From Chitinophaga pinensis (GTDB lineage: Bacteria; Bacteroidota; Bacteroidia; UBA4408): DNA of 64,000 bases. This document shows positions 9,935 to 19,453 of the stretch, piece after piece; the first letter of the stretch is position 1; each line of letters opens with the position of its first letter. A program made the translations under genes and the position numbers. The stretch covers positions 16,455-80,454 of the forward strand of contig CAMBZU010000002.1 of NCBI GenBank assembly GCA_945872355.1, read 5' to 3'. The notes beneath the pieces were generated by a model. The model was not told the origin of the DNA. It saw only the letters and a list, made by a program, of their open reading frames with translations, and made no database searches.

Positions 9935-11266
9935 TTAACGATTGCGTGTTTCTAAAACTGGCAGCAATTCTCCAATAAGGTTACCATCAGCGTCAATTTT
10001 ACCAATTTTAACTTCTCTTTTTTGATTAGATAAATTTGCATCAAATGGCACGCTCACTCTTAAATAATTTCTACTATACCCATAAATTCTATCGTTTTTT
10101 TGCTCAAACTCAAACAATACTTCCTGTATGGTATTCTTAAACCTATTATAAAAAGCTGTTTTCTTTTTTGAAGATAAAATACGCAACATTTTTGTTCTTC
10201 TTTTACGATCAACCATATTTACTGCATTTGGGTATAATGCGGCATCTGTATTTACTCTTTCTGAATAGGTAAAGACGTGCAAATATGCAATATCAAGTTG
10301 ATTAAGAAAATTGTAAGTATCCATAAAATCTTCTTCCGTTTCGCCCGGAAATCCCGTAATAACATCGACACCTATACAGCAGTTGGGTATTAATTGATTG
10401 ATTATAGTTACTCTGTCGCTATACAATTCGCGCAGGTAGCGTCTTTTCATTAAGTTTAATATTTTATTGCTTCCACTTTGCAAGGGGATATGAAAATGAG
10501 GCACAAACTTGTCAGATTTAGAAACAAAATCAATGGTTTCATTCTTTAATAAATTTGGCTCAATGCTTGAGATTCGGTAGCGTTCAATACCTTGGACAGC
10601 ATCCAGTGCTTTTACTAATTCTAAAAAAGTGTGTTCATGTTTTTTATTCCCATTTTCACCTTTGCCGTAATCGCCAATATTAACGCCAGTAAGCACTATT
10701 TCTTTGATTCCTTTTAGCGCAATTTTAGCGGCGTTATCTAATACATTACTTAAGCTATCGCTTCTACTTATTCCACGTGCTAGAGGTATGGTGCAATAAG
10801 TACAGCTATAATCACAACCATCTTGCACTTTTAAAAAAGCGCGTGTTCTATCACCAATACTGTATGCACTGGTAAAAACATTTGCATTTTCAATTTCGCA
10901 ACTATGAATTTCAGTAAATTGTTTTTTATTTAGATCGTTAATGTAATCGATTATTCTAAATTTTTCTGTTGCTCCTAAAACTAAATCTACCCCTTTAATT
11001 TTTGCTATTTCTTTGGGCTTTAATTGCGCGTAACAGCCCACAATACATACAAAAGCATCAGGAGATTGCTTTAATGCCTGTTTCACAATTTTTTTACACT
11101 CTTTATCTGCATTTTCGGTAACAGAACAAGTATTAATTACATACACTTCGGCAACTGTATTAAAAGGAACGCGCTCGTATCCAACATTAACAAACTGCCT
11201 TGCAATAGTGCTTGTTTCTGCAAAGTTAAGTTTGCAACCTAAGGTATGAAATGCAACTTTTATCAA
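9935..11266 (-). CDS. mtaB: Radical-SAM methylthiotransferase of the MiaB/RimO/MtaB family (MtaB-like, t6A37 methylthiotransferase).
   Basis: 443 aa. The N-terminal UPF0004 region reads VAFHTLGCKLNFAETS. A CxxxCxxC radical-SAM segment (CDYSCTYC) and a C-terminal TRAM-like domain are present. Confidence 0.7.
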   Translation of the reverse strand: MIKVAFHTLGCKLNFAETSTIARQFVNVGYERVPFNTVAEVYVINTCSVTENADKECKKIVKQALKQSPDAFVCIVGCYAQLKPKEIAKIKGVDLVLGATEKFRIIDYINDLNKKQFTEIHSCEIENANVFTSAYSIGDRTRAFLKVQDGCDYSCTYCTIPLARGISRSDSLSNVLDNAAKIALKGIKEIVLTGVNIGDYGKGENGNKKHEHTFLELVKALDAVQGIERYRISSIEPNLLKNETIDFVSKSDKFVPHFHIPLQSGSNKILNLMKRRYLRELYSDRVTIINQLIPNCCIGVDVITGFPGETEEDFMDTYNFLNQLDIAYLHVFTYSERVNTDAALYPNAVNMVDRKRRTKMLRILSSKKKTAFYNRFKNTIQEVLFEFEQKNDRIYGYSRNYLRVSVPFDANLSNQKREVKIGKIDADGNLIGELLPVLETRNR

Positions 11267-11287
11267 AGTAATTTTTTTGAAAATAAA

Positions 11288-13564
11288 TTAATCCTCAGCC
11301 ATTAATGTAGCTAGTGCAGTGTCAAAATATCGCTTATATTCATGACAATTGCCGTAACTTATTCCATCAATTTTTATTTCTTTTTGTGCCACTTCTCCAA
11401 TTAACAAATAAGGAACTTTTAGGTTACTTAGCGTTGTTTCAAGTGCATTTTTTTGAGAAGGATCGAGGCTTACAATGATCCTACTTTGTGCTTCCCCAAA
11501 GAGAAAAGCATCTTTTCTAATATTATTACTTGTATTGATATGAAAACTTAAATTGCTTGCCATTGCACATTCCAATACAGCAATAAACAATCCACCATCA
11601 GAACAATCATTAGCCGAAGCAATTAAATCTTGCTTGATAAGTTCAGTTGTTGCTTTCTGCACCTCAAATTCGACATCTAAATCGAAGTGCGGGGCTGGGC
11701 TATTTTTAACCCCCACATAAGAATATAAATACTCTGAGGAATTAATATCATTAACCGCCTCTCCAATTAAATAAATTAAGTCGTCAACTTTTTTAAAGCC
11801 AATGCCGGTAAAGGTTTTTTTAGCATCTAATATACCTAACATACCAATAGTTGGCGTTGGAAAAACAGGTTCTGTTTTATCGCCATTTGTACTTTGATTA
11901 TAAAAGCTCACATTGCCGCCTGTAACTGGTGTATCAAACTTCTTACATGCTTTGCTCATGCCTTTAATGGCACCAACAAACTGCCAATAAACTTCAGGAT
12001 TATAAGGATTTCCAAAATTTAAACAATTTGTAATGGCCAATCCAACACCTCCTGCACAAACAATGTTTCTTGAAGCTTCGGCAACAGCAATTGCACATCC
12101 TACCTCGGGATCAGCATTTACATAACGACTATTGCAATCGACTGTTAATGCCAAAGCCCTATCGCTGTCTTTTAAATTAACTACAGCAGCTGCCGAAGGC
12201 TTGTTTGTGCTCATATTTAAAGTACCAACCATGCTATCATATTGCTCATATACCCAATTTTTAGAAGCAATGTTTGGATGATTTACCAAATGCATCATCA
12301 CCTCTTTTAAGTTGCTTGGCTCTGGCACTGCATTAATATTGAACTTTTTTGCTTCTGCAAAATAGGCTGGTTCTTTATATTCACGTTCATAAACAGGTGC
12401 GCCTCCACCAAGCACAAGGTCATGCGCTGGCACATCGGCTACTAACTGCCCATGCATAAAGTACTGTATTCTTTTGGTGTCGGTAACTTCTCCTATAATT
12501 TCACAATTTAAATCCCATTTTTCGAAAACGGCTTCAACTGCTTTTTCTTGCCCTTTTTTAACCACAATCAACATTCTTTCTTGGCTTTCGGAAAGTAATA
12601 TTTCAAAGGGTTGCATGCCTGCTTGGCGCGTTGGAACTTTATCTAAATTAATCATCATGCCATGCTCACCTTTTGCGCTCATTTCGCTGGTAGAGCAGGT
12701 TATGCCTGCAGCACCCATATCTTGCATGCCAATTACAGCGCCTGTTTTTATGACTTCTAAAGTAGCTTCTAATAATAATTTTTCCTGAAAAGGATCGCCC
12801 ACTTGCACCGCTGGTAAGTCTTTGGCAGAATCTTCTGTAATATCGGCAGAGGCAAAGGTAGCCCCATGAATACCATCTTTACCAGTGGCAGAGCCTACAA
12901 TGTAAACAGGATTTCCAACACCATAAGAGGTTGCAGAAACTGTTTCGCCTTTTTTGAGAATACCCACACTCATGGCATTTACAAGCGGGTTTACTTCATA
13001 ACAATCATCAAAAAAAACTTCTCCACCCACTGTTGGAATTCCAAATGCATTGCCATAATCGCCAATGCCTTTTACTACTCCACGCATTAACCATTTGGTG
13101 CGCTTGCTGTTAATATTGCCAAAACGCAAAGAATTTAATTGGGCAATGGGACGTGCGCCCATTGTAAAAATATCTCTATTTATACCTCCAACACCTGTAG
13201 CAGCGCCTTGATAAGGCTCTAAAGCGCTTGGGTGATTATGAGATTCGATTTTAAAAGCACAACCTAAACCATCGCCAATATCAACTAAACCTGCGTTTTC
13301 TTCCCCTGCTTTGGCCAACATGCGGGCCCCATCTTTTGGTAAAGTTTTAAGCCATTTAATGGAATTTTTATAGGAACAATGTTCGCTCCACATTACCGAA
13401 AAAATGCTGAGTTCAGTAAAATTAGGAACTCTCCCTAATATTTCAGTAATACGTTCGAATTCTTGCGGAAGCAAGCCAAGCTTTTTTGCTGTTTCAACAG
13501 TTTCGGGGGCACCAACAAGGTTTTTATCTTGCATAATAATAGTGTGTTTTTTTAAAGAGTGCAA
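11288..13564 (-). CDS. purL: Phosphoribosylformylglycinamidine synthase subunit II.
   Basis: 758 aa. A duplicated AIR-synthase-related fold and conserved blocks such as [17 protein letters not shown]-like sequences are present. Confidence 0.9.
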   Translation of the reverse strand: MHSLKKHTIIMQDKNLVGAPETVETAKKLGLLPQEFERITEILGRVPNFTELSIFSVMWSEHCSYKNSIKWLKTLPKDGARMLAKAGEENAGLVDIGDGLGCAFKIESHNHPSALEPYQGAATGVGGINRDIFTMGARPIAQLNSLRFGNINSKRTKWLMRGVVKGIGDYGNAFGIPTVGGEVFFDDCYEVNPLVNAMSVGILKKGETVSATSYGVGNPVYIVGSATGKDGIHGATFASADITEDSAKDLPAVQVGDPFQEKLLLEATLEVIKTGAVIGMQDMGAAGITCSTSEMSAKGEHGMMINLDKVPTRQAGMQPFEILLSESQERMLIVVKKGQEKAVEAVFEKWDLNCEIIGEVTDTKRIQYFMHGQLVADVPAHDLVLGGGAPVYEREYKEPAYFAEAKKFNINAVPEPSNLKEVMMHLVNHPNIASKNWVYEQYDSMVGTLNMSTNKPSAAAVVNLKDSDRALALTVDCNSRYVNADPEVGCAIAVAEASRNIVCAGGVGLAITNCLNFGNPYNPEVYWQFVGAIKGMSKACKKFDTPVTGGNVSFYNQSTNGDKTEPVFPTPTIGMLGILDAKKTFTGIGFKKVDDLIYLIGEAVNDINSSEYLYSYVGVKNSPAPHFDLDVEFEVQKATTELIKQDLIASANDCSDGGLFIAVLECAMASNLSFHINTSNNIRKDAFLFGEAQSRIIVSLDPSQKNALETTLSNLKVPYLLIGEVAQKEIKIDGISYGNCHEYKRYFDTALATLMAED

Positions 13565-13668
13565 ATGTAATAATTAGTGGGCAAAAAACAGCTAAATAAA
13601 ACCACCCTTTAAAGGATTTCAAATATGTTGGCTGCTTAGTTTGTGAACAGGCGCATACTACATGGGCC

Positions 13669-13811
13669 GAGCAAAGCGCTGGCAATTAAAAAACTAAAGG
13701 CACAACTTCGCGTTTACTACCTTTACTCCGAGATTAAACTTTCGGCGCTGTAAAGACGAGCAAAGCGCTAACAATTAAAAAACGCGAAGCTTTGCTTCGC
13801 GTTTACTGCGA
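13669..13811. repeat. Degenerate tandem duplication with a REP-like hairpin.
   Basis: gagcaaagcgct..caattaaaaaac...cgcgtttact occurs twice (13669-13720 and 13756-13811). A 10-bp stem hairpin aacgcgaagc-ttt-gcttcgcgtt lies at 13781-13803. Confidence 0.6.
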
Positions 13812-13930
13812 CATAAGAATAAACTTTTAAACCTTTACTTTTTCTGCAAAACACAAAACTATCAATAATAATATCACGATAGGGTATAAGATAAAAAGAG
13901 CGTAGTTCGGAAACTACGCTCAGGTAAGGT
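13810..13930. repeat. 121-bp direct repeat R1, a duplicate of the 5' end and upstream region of the RAYT-like gene, including REP-like hairpin gagcgtagttcggaaactacgctc at 13898-13921.
   Basis: Near-identical to 14438-14558. The 68-aa ORF 13768..13974 is a read-through artefact of this duplicate. Confidence 0.8.
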
Positions 13931-14021
13931 GTATCAGGAATTAATATCGTCTTTAAAAAATGAAATAAAAGCAAAGGATGATTTGATTAGTATATTGAAA
14001 AAGTAAATTTCAGCCCTCTCT

Positions 14022-14044
14022 CAGCGTAGTTTGCAACTACGCTG
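14022..14044. repeat. REP-like palindrome cagcgtagtt-tgc-aactacgctg.
   Basis: A 10-bp perfect stem related to the hairpins at 13898 and 14526. Confidence 0.6.
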
Positions 14045-14137
14045 CTTTTATATTTTCCACTAAAGCTCATCTATCTCCATTAAATTTATAAGTCCTGCAA
14101 AGTTTTTAGCACTTGAATAAATAAATTCATTTTCTTG

Positions 14138-14482
14138 CTACAGATAGCCTTGCCTAACTAGATTTTGATGAATATAATTTATTCTGCTTTCAATCATTTC
14201 ATTACTTGTTAGTTCAACAGCATGATTTTCATGCGTCCAAAATTGAAACTTTTCAACCCGTTTGTTGAATTTTGCATGATATTTAAAAATCATGAGCAAC
14301 CATTCTTTTCTACATTCTTGTGTATTTTCATTTACTAATTTCAAAATTTCCTTAGATGTAAATTTTTTGAAATCCCTGATTGTATCGGATAAATTATTTT
14401 CGGCACTTACAATACAATGTACATGATTTGACATGATGACATAAGAATACACTTTTAAACCTTTACTTTTTCTGCAAAACAC
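14138..14482 (-). pseudogene. IS200/IS605-like HuH tyrosine transposase (COG1943/RAYT-type), N-terminally truncated with a GTG start.
   Basis: 114 aa. The HuH motif IMSNHVHCIV and C-terminal RINYIHQNLVRQG are present. About 45 N-terminal residues are missing, and the frame upstream reads through a REP hairpin with no ATG. It is flanked by REP-like palindromes. Confidence 0.55.
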
Positions 14483-14558
14483 AAAACTATCAATAATAAT
14501 ATCACGATAGGGTATAAGATAAAAAGAGCGTAGTTCGGAAACTACGCTCAGGTAAGGT
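14438..14558. repeat. 121-bp direct repeat R2 (same as R1), containing REP-like hairpin 14526-14549.
   Basis: Near-identical to 13810-13930. It covers the first 45 nt of the RAYT-like ORF and its upstream region. Confidence 0.8.
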
Positions 14559-14691
14559 TGTATATTGCTATGTGCGAGGGATTGAGCCTTTGTTTGAGCT
14601 CTTTTTGTTGCGTTGGTTTTGAGTTGCCAAAAAAGCGAGTGGCGAAAGCCCGACCATCGCTAAAAGGGAGGGGCGCGCCCAAAGTATTTCT

Positions 14692-16200
14692 TTAACTAAT
14701 CAACACTTCACCTGACATTGCAGCTGGTTGCTCAATATGCATCATTTTTAAAATGCTTGGAGCCACATCGGCTAAACGGCCGTTTTTAATGTGTTTGAAT
14801 TCATTACTTACTAAAATACAAGGTACTGGGTTTAATGAATGGGCTGTATTTGGGCTGCCATCGTCATTCAACATAAAATCGGCATTGCCATGATCGGCAA
14901 TGATGATAAAAGAATAGCCATTTTGCATGCCTGTTTGCACCACATCTTGCAAGCAAGCATCTACTGTTTCGAGGGCTTTTACAACTGCACTAAAAACACC
15001 TGTATGGCCTACCATATCGGGATTAGCAAAGTTTAAACAAATAAAATCGGGTTGTGCTGCTTTGATTGTTTTTACAACTTTATCTTTTAAAGGATTGGCG
15101 CTCATTTCGGGTTGCAAATCATAGGTTGCTACTTTAGGGGAAGGCTCCATGATGCGCATTTCGCCATCAAAACCAGCTTCACGACCACCTGAGAAAAAGA
15201 AGGTAACATGCGGATACTTTTCGGTTTCGGCTGCACGCAATTGAGTTTTTTTTGCCCCTGCAATTACTTCACCTAAGGTCATGCTTAAATTATCTTTTTC
15301 GTAACATACATGCACGTTTTTGTATTGCTCATCATATCTCGTGATGGTGGTATAATGCAAAGGCAATGTATGCATGCCCTGCTCAGGCATCTCTTTTTGA
15401 GTGAGCACTTCTGTAATTTCTCTGCATCTGTCGGTACGGAAATTGAAACAAATTACAGCATCATCTGCCTCAATTTTTCCTTCACTTAAAATACTGCAAG
15501 GTTTAATAAATTCATCAGTAACGCCTTCTTCATAAGAAGCTTTGATTGCTTGTTCGGCAGTTTGATAAGCAATGCCTTTTGCATTTATTAATAAATCGTA
15601 GGCCAACTTTACTCTTTCCCAACGTTTGTCTCTATCCATAGCATAATAACGGCCACAAACGCTTGCAATTTTTGCTTTGGTACCAGATGAAGCTAGGTGC
15701 TGTTCAAGTTCCTGAATAAAGCCCAAACCGCTTTTTGGATCGGTATCGCGGCCATCCATAAAGGCATGTATGTATACTTTTGATAAGCCTAGTGCATTTG
15801 CCATATCACAAAGCGCATAAACATGCTTGTTGCTGCTATGTACTCCCCCATTACTAATTAAACCCATTAAATGCAATGGTTTATTGTTTTGAAGTGCATA
15901 TTGCATGGAAGCTATTAAGGCTTCATTATTGAAAAAACTTTTTTCTTTTATGGCTAAGTTTATTTTTACTAAATCTTGATAGACTACTCTGCCAGCGCCA
16001 ATATTTAAATGACCTACTTCTGAATTACCCATTTGACCATCGGGTAAACCTACATCTTCGCCACAGGCTATAAGTTGGCTATGCGGATAATTTTTAAGTA
16101 ATGAATGGTAAAACGGCACGTTGGCATGAGCTACTGCATCTGACTTTGAGCCATTACCTAATCCCCACCCATCTAAAATAATTAATGCTGTTTTACTCAT
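14692..16200 (-). CDS. gpmI: 2,3-bisphosphoglycerate-independent phosphoglycerate mutase.
   Basis: 502 aa. MSKTALIILDGWGLG and the metal-binding blocks are typical of iPGM. Confidence 0.9.
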   Translation of the reverse strand: MSKTALIILDGWGLGNGSKSDAVAHANVPFYHSLLKNYPHSQLIACGEDVGLPDGQMGNSEVGHLNIGAGRVVYQDLVKINLAIKEKSFFNNEALIASMQYALQNNKPLHLMGLISNGGVHSSNKHVYALCDMANALGLSKVYIHAFMDGRDTDPKSGLGFIQELEQHLASSGTKAKIASVCGRYYAMDRDKRWERVKLAYDLLINAKGIAYQTAEQAIKASYEEGVTDEFIKPCSILSEGKIEADDAVICFNFRTDRCREITEVLTQKEMPEQGMHTLPLHYTTITRYDEQYKNVHVCYEKDNLSMTLGEVIAGAKKTQLRAAETEKYPHVTFFFSGGREAGFDGEMRIMEPSPKVATYDLQPEMSANPLKDKVVKTIKAAQPDFICLNFANPDMVGHTGVFSAVVKALETVDACLQDVVQTGMQNGYSFIIIADHGNADFMLNDDGSPNTAHSLNPVPCILVSNEFKHIKNGRLADVAPSILKMMHIEQPAAMSGEVLIS

Positions 16201-16202
16201 TT

Positions 16203-17195
16203 TTATGCGTTATTTAATGCTTTAAATTGCACTGTAAATATTGTTCCTTTTGGTTTATTTGGTGAAATTTTGATTTGACCTTGATGCAAAACAATTAAAC
16301 TTTTAACAATGTACAGACCGAGTCCTGTTCCTTTGGTATTGCGAGTTTCTTCGTTACCTGAGCGATAAAATTTATTGAATACTTCCTTTCCTTCTTGTAA
16401 TGAAATGCCCACTCCTTCATCTTTTACAGCCAAAGTAATTGTTTCATTTTCTTTGCTTAGTACCAAATCGATGCGACTGTTGTTGGGTGAATATTTTGCT
16501 GCATTATCGAGCAAATTAATTAAAATAGACGTGAAAGCCATATGATCGCCAAGCATATTAATATCACTTTGTACCATTACATTTACAAGATGGTTTTTAA
16601 GCAATGTGCTTTTTAAATTATTAATTATTTTATGGCTTAATGCGGATAAATTAAAGTTATCTTTTTGAATGAAATAAGCACTGCTTTCGATTCTATTGGC
16701 CAATAAAATTTTCTCTACTAATAAATCTAGCCGTTCAGTTTCTTGCAGCGCTTGATTTAAAACTATTTCTTGTTTATCCAATGGCAATTGGCGTTTAAGA
16801 AGTGTTTCAATTTGTAAACGCGCAGAAGCAATTGGGGATTTTAATTCGTGTGTGATGGAGAGCATGAAGTTTTTTTGTTGTTTGCTCAGTTCAAATTCTT
16901 TCTTGAATGTGCTTCTTGTACGATAAATTCCCAAGCCTAAAATTAAAGCAAAGACTGTTCCTTCGCCAGCAATCATGAGCCAGCGCTTATGTAATTTTTC
17001 ATTTAAAAGTTGCTGCGCTACTTGAATTTCATCTGCACTTTTATTGGTATAAACTTCAATTTTAAGTTTTAAATCATGTACCTCTTTATTCAAATTAGTA
17101 ATCATATAAGCCCACCAACAAAATTGCAACAAAACATAAATTACCAATAGGTAAAATTGCAGCAATACTTTGCTAGAGGTATTATTCGAATTCAT
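16203..17195 (-). CDS. Sensor histidine kinase (two N-terminal TM helices, HisKA and HATPase_c); no adjacent response regulator.
   Basis: 330 aa. The H-box ITHELKSPIASARLQIETL and the G-boxes DEGVGIS and GTGLGLYIV are present. Confidence 0.8.
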   Translation of the reverse strand: MNSNNTSSKVLLQFYLLVIYVLLQFCWWAYMITNLNKEVHDLKLKIEVYTNKSADEIQVAQQLLNEKLHKRWLMIAGEGTVFALILGLGIYRTRSTFKKEFELSKQQKNFMLSITHELKSPIASARLQIETLLKRQLPLDKQEIVLNQALQETERLDLLVEKILLANRIESSAYFIQKDNFNLSALSHKIINNLKSTLLKNHLVNVMVQSDINMLGDHMAFTSILINLLDNAAKYSPNNSRIDLVLSKENETITLAVKDEGVGISLQEGKEVFNKFYRSGNEETRNTKGTGLGLYIVKSLIVLHQGQIKISPNKPKGTIFTVQFKALNNA

Positions 17196-17205
17196 ATTTT
17201 AAAAC

Positions 17206-17985
17206 TTATTGCCCTTTAAAGATTGCAGGTCTTTTTTCTAAAAAGGCATTTACACCTTCATTGTAATCATCAGTGGCAGCAGCTTTCACTTGCATTTCTG
17301 CTTCAGCATCTAATTGTTTTTCGAGGTTGTTAGTAGCCGACATATATACCAGTTGTTTTGTATATGCTAAGGCCTTGGTTGGCATAGCAGCTAATTTATG
17401 CGCAATTGCTAATGCGTCATCCATTAGTTTATCGGCCGTGCTCACTTTGTACAACATGCCCATTTGCAGCGCGTCTGTTGCACTTACTTTATCGCCAAGC
17501 ATCATTAAAGCCAAAGCTCTTTGCGTGCCAATTAAACGCGGCAAAAAGAAGGTGCCTCCGCTATCGGGTATTAATCCTATTTTGCTGAATGCTTGGATAA
17601 AAGAAGCTTGTTCAGCAGCAATCACAATATCGCAAGCCAAGGCAATGTTTGCCCCTGCTCCTGCTGCCACGCCATTTACAGCGCAAATAACAGGTTTTTC
17701 GATATGTCTCAATCGCAAAATGATTGGATTATAATGCGCTACTACAATATTTTCGATACCGGGGCCGGCTGGGTCAATAGCTTCAGACAAATCTTGACCG
17801 GCACAAAAAGCTTTTCCATTGCCAGTTATGAGCACTGCTCTTATTTGTTTGTTATGACGCGCATTGTCTAATTCCGCTTGCAAAGCCAAAGCCATACTGC
17901 GGTTAAAACTATTCAATACATCGGGTCTATTCAATTTAATGATTTGTACAGCGCCATCAATTGATACTTCTATTCCTGAGTTCAT
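17206..17985 (-). CDS. Enoyl-CoA hydratase/isomerase family protein (PaaG-like).
   Basis: 259 aa crotonase fold with FCAGQDL and GVAAGAGANIALACD. It is adjacent to a PaaD-like gene. Confidence 0.65.
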   Translation of the reverse strand: MNSGIEVSIDGAVQIIKLNRPDVLNSFNRSMALALQAELDNARHNKQIRAVLITGNGKAFCAGQDLSEAIDPAGPGIENIVVAHYNPIILRLRHIEKPVICAVNGVAAGAGANIALACDIVIAAEQASFIQAFSKIGLIPDSGGTFFLPRLIGTQRALALMMLGDKVSATDALQMGMLYKVSTADKLMDDALAIAHKLAAMPTKALAYTKQLVYMSATNNLEKQLDAEAEMQVKAAATDDYNEGVNAFLEKRPAIFKGQ

Positions 17986-17995
17986 TTATATAAAT

Positions 17996-18484
17996 TTATA
18001 AGCATTTAAAATAATCGAAAGGCTCCAAACATTCCTTGCATTTATACAATGCTTTACATGCAGTGCTTCCGAATTGATTGATCATTTCTGTATCAGCTGA
18101 GCCACATTGCGGACATTTGACGTCTCTTTTGGCTTTGCCTAGTAAAATAGCTTTATTAACTGTTGTTGTTTCTGGGGGTGCAATACCATAGGCTCGCAAT
18201 TTTTCTTTTGCCGGCTCGGTAATCCAATCGGTTGTCCAGGCGGGGGAAAGCACGGTGTTTATGGTATAAGCTAATGCATTTTTTTTTGCAATCTTTTTAA
18301 TATCGTTTTCAATGTGCTGCATTGCAGGACAGCCCGTGTATGTTGGCGTTATTGTTACAAGCAGGCAATTATTTTGAATACTAATATTTTTGAGGATGCC
18401 TAATTCTTCAATTGTAATGACCGGAATTTCTGGATCGGGTATGGCCTTAATTTCATCAATAATGTTTTGTTCTTGGGTGGTCAT
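17996..18484 (-). CDS. PaaD-like protein: DUF59/MIP18 FeS-assembly domain plus a C-terminal zinc ribbon (phenylacetate-CoA oxygenase subunit-like).
   Basis: 162 aa. TPTYTGCPAMQHI (DUF59) and the C-terminal CPQCGS...CKEC four-Cys ribbon are present. Confidence 0.55.
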   Translation of the reverse strand: MTTQEQNIIDEIKAIPDPEIPVITIEELGILKNISIQNNCLLVTITPTYTGCPAMQHIENDIKKIAKKNALAYTINTVLSPAWTTDWITEPAKEKLRAYGIAPPETTTVNKAILLGKAKRDVKCPQCGSADTEMINQFGSTACKALYKCKECLEPFDYFKCL

Positions 18485-18531
18485 TTTTTTTGTATTGCTT
18501 CACAAAATTAACATAAAGAAGTGTAATACAA

Positions 18532-18651
18532 ATTACACTTTCAATTTAGTTTAATTGCGGCATTCCCTTATTGTACTATTTTCAAGTAGTATCGGCATTA
18601 ACCATTGCATATTTATTTTTTTTGCCTAAAAAATAAATGCAATTGGTATAA
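18532..18651 (+). mobile_element. MITE-like element, family B.
   Basis: About 120 bp, roughly 85% identical to 48688-48817. It ends ...tgcaattggtataa. Confidence 0.65.
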
Positions 18652-18694
18652 TTGTAAAGAAAAGCTTTATTGCAGCATTTTGCGCTAGATGAAT

Positions 18695-18822
18695 TATACC
18701 GATGTGAAATAAGTAATGGCCCAAATTTGTTTCACGGCATTTGTCCCAAACTTTTTTCCGATTGGCATTTACCAATGTAAGATTTTAAATTATTGGCATA
18801 ATTTATAAATCACATTGGTATT
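18695..18822 (+). mobile_element. MITE-like element, family A (full length, ~128 bp).
   Basis: Terminal inverted repeats tataccgatgtgaaat...atttataaatcacattggta. It is near-identical to 19283-19410 and contains a nested 53-bp sub-element. Confidence 0.75.
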
Positions 18823-18825
18823 AAT

Positions 18826-18833
18826 TATATTTG
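18826..18833 (+). promoter_or_regulatory. Perfect TAnnTTTG -7 box (TATATTTG) abutting the MITE-A end, 5 bp before the annotated ATG of the DUF3820 gene.
   Basis: The match is exact. It implies a leaderless transcript or use of the downstream Met5 (18850). Confidence 0.35.
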
Positions 18834-18837
18834 TGCT

Positions 18838-19092
18838 ATGAACAATCCAATGGCAGATTCCAATTTACTGCTCACGTTAACAACAATGAAAATGCCTTAT
18901 GGAAAATATAAAGATGTATTATTATGCCAATTGCCCGTTTCTTATTTAGAATGGTTTCATAGAAAAGGCTTTCCAGCAGGCAAGTTAGGCACCTTGCTTG
19001 AAACAATGTACGAAATAAAATTAAATGGTTTAGAATACTTGCTGAAGCCTTTATTAAACCCAGATTACGCATTAGAAATGCGTAAACGATAA
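18838..19092 (+). CDS. DUF3820 family small protein (PF12843-like); its last ~13 codons are encoded by a MITE-D copy.
   Basis: 84 aa. MKMPYGKYKDVLLCQLPVSYLEWFHRKGFPAGKLG is the DUF3820 signature. Codons from position 19054 onward lie inside repeat D, with the stop in the hairpin region. Confidence 0.65.
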   Translation: MNNPMADSNLLLTLTTMKMPYGKYKDVLLCQLPVSYLEWFHRKGFPAGKLGTLLETMYEIKLNGLEYLLKPLLNPDYALEMRKR

Positions 19093-19206
19093 AGAAATTG
19101 TAAATCAGATTTTTACAAATCTGATAACATTTTCTAAATCGGGATTAACCCAACTAAATCAAGTAGTTCGATTTTTTAAATCTCCTATTGATTAGTTTGG
19201 GTTAAA
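19054..19206 (+). mobile_element. MITE-like element, family D (~153 bp), with internal perfect palindromes.
   Basis: It is 97% identical to 41841-41993. Termini are ttaaacccag...tttgggtt(t)aa. Internal hairpins are acgcattagaaatgcgt, atcagattt-ttac-aaatctgat and gggttaaccc. Confidence 0.75.
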
Positions 19207-19282
19207 CAAGTAATTTTTTCTATACCTGCTAATCAATTTATTTTTTTGGATGATTTTTAGCAAAAATTATTCATTGCTTTCT

Positions 19283-19410
19283 AATACCGATGTGAAATAA
19301 GTAATGGCCCAAATTTGTTTCACTTCATTTGTTCCAAACTTTTTTCCGATCGGCATTTACCAATGTAAGATTTTAAATTATTGGCATAATTTATAAATCA
19401 CATTGGTATA
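19283..19410 (+). mobile_element. MITE-like element, family A (second full copy).
   Basis: Near-identical to 18695-18822. Confidence 0.75.
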
Positions 19411-19453
19411 ACTCTTCACTATTTGATACTATCAATGATGGGAATATTATGCA

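Noticed and set aside
13768-13974. 68-aa ORF containing FVFCRKSKGLKVYSYV.
   Set aside because: It is created by the 121-bp duplicate of the RAYT-like gene's 5' end and reads through REP-like hairpins, so it is not an independent gene.
8089-19072. Small antisense ORFs embedded in larger genes (8089..8298, 9092..9310, 12474..12788, 12866..13090, 14839..15124, 17273..17871, 18872..19072).
   Set aside because: They are fully contained on the opposite strand of well-supported conserved genes (IMPase, lgt, purL, gpmI, hydratase, DUF3820) and have no motifs.
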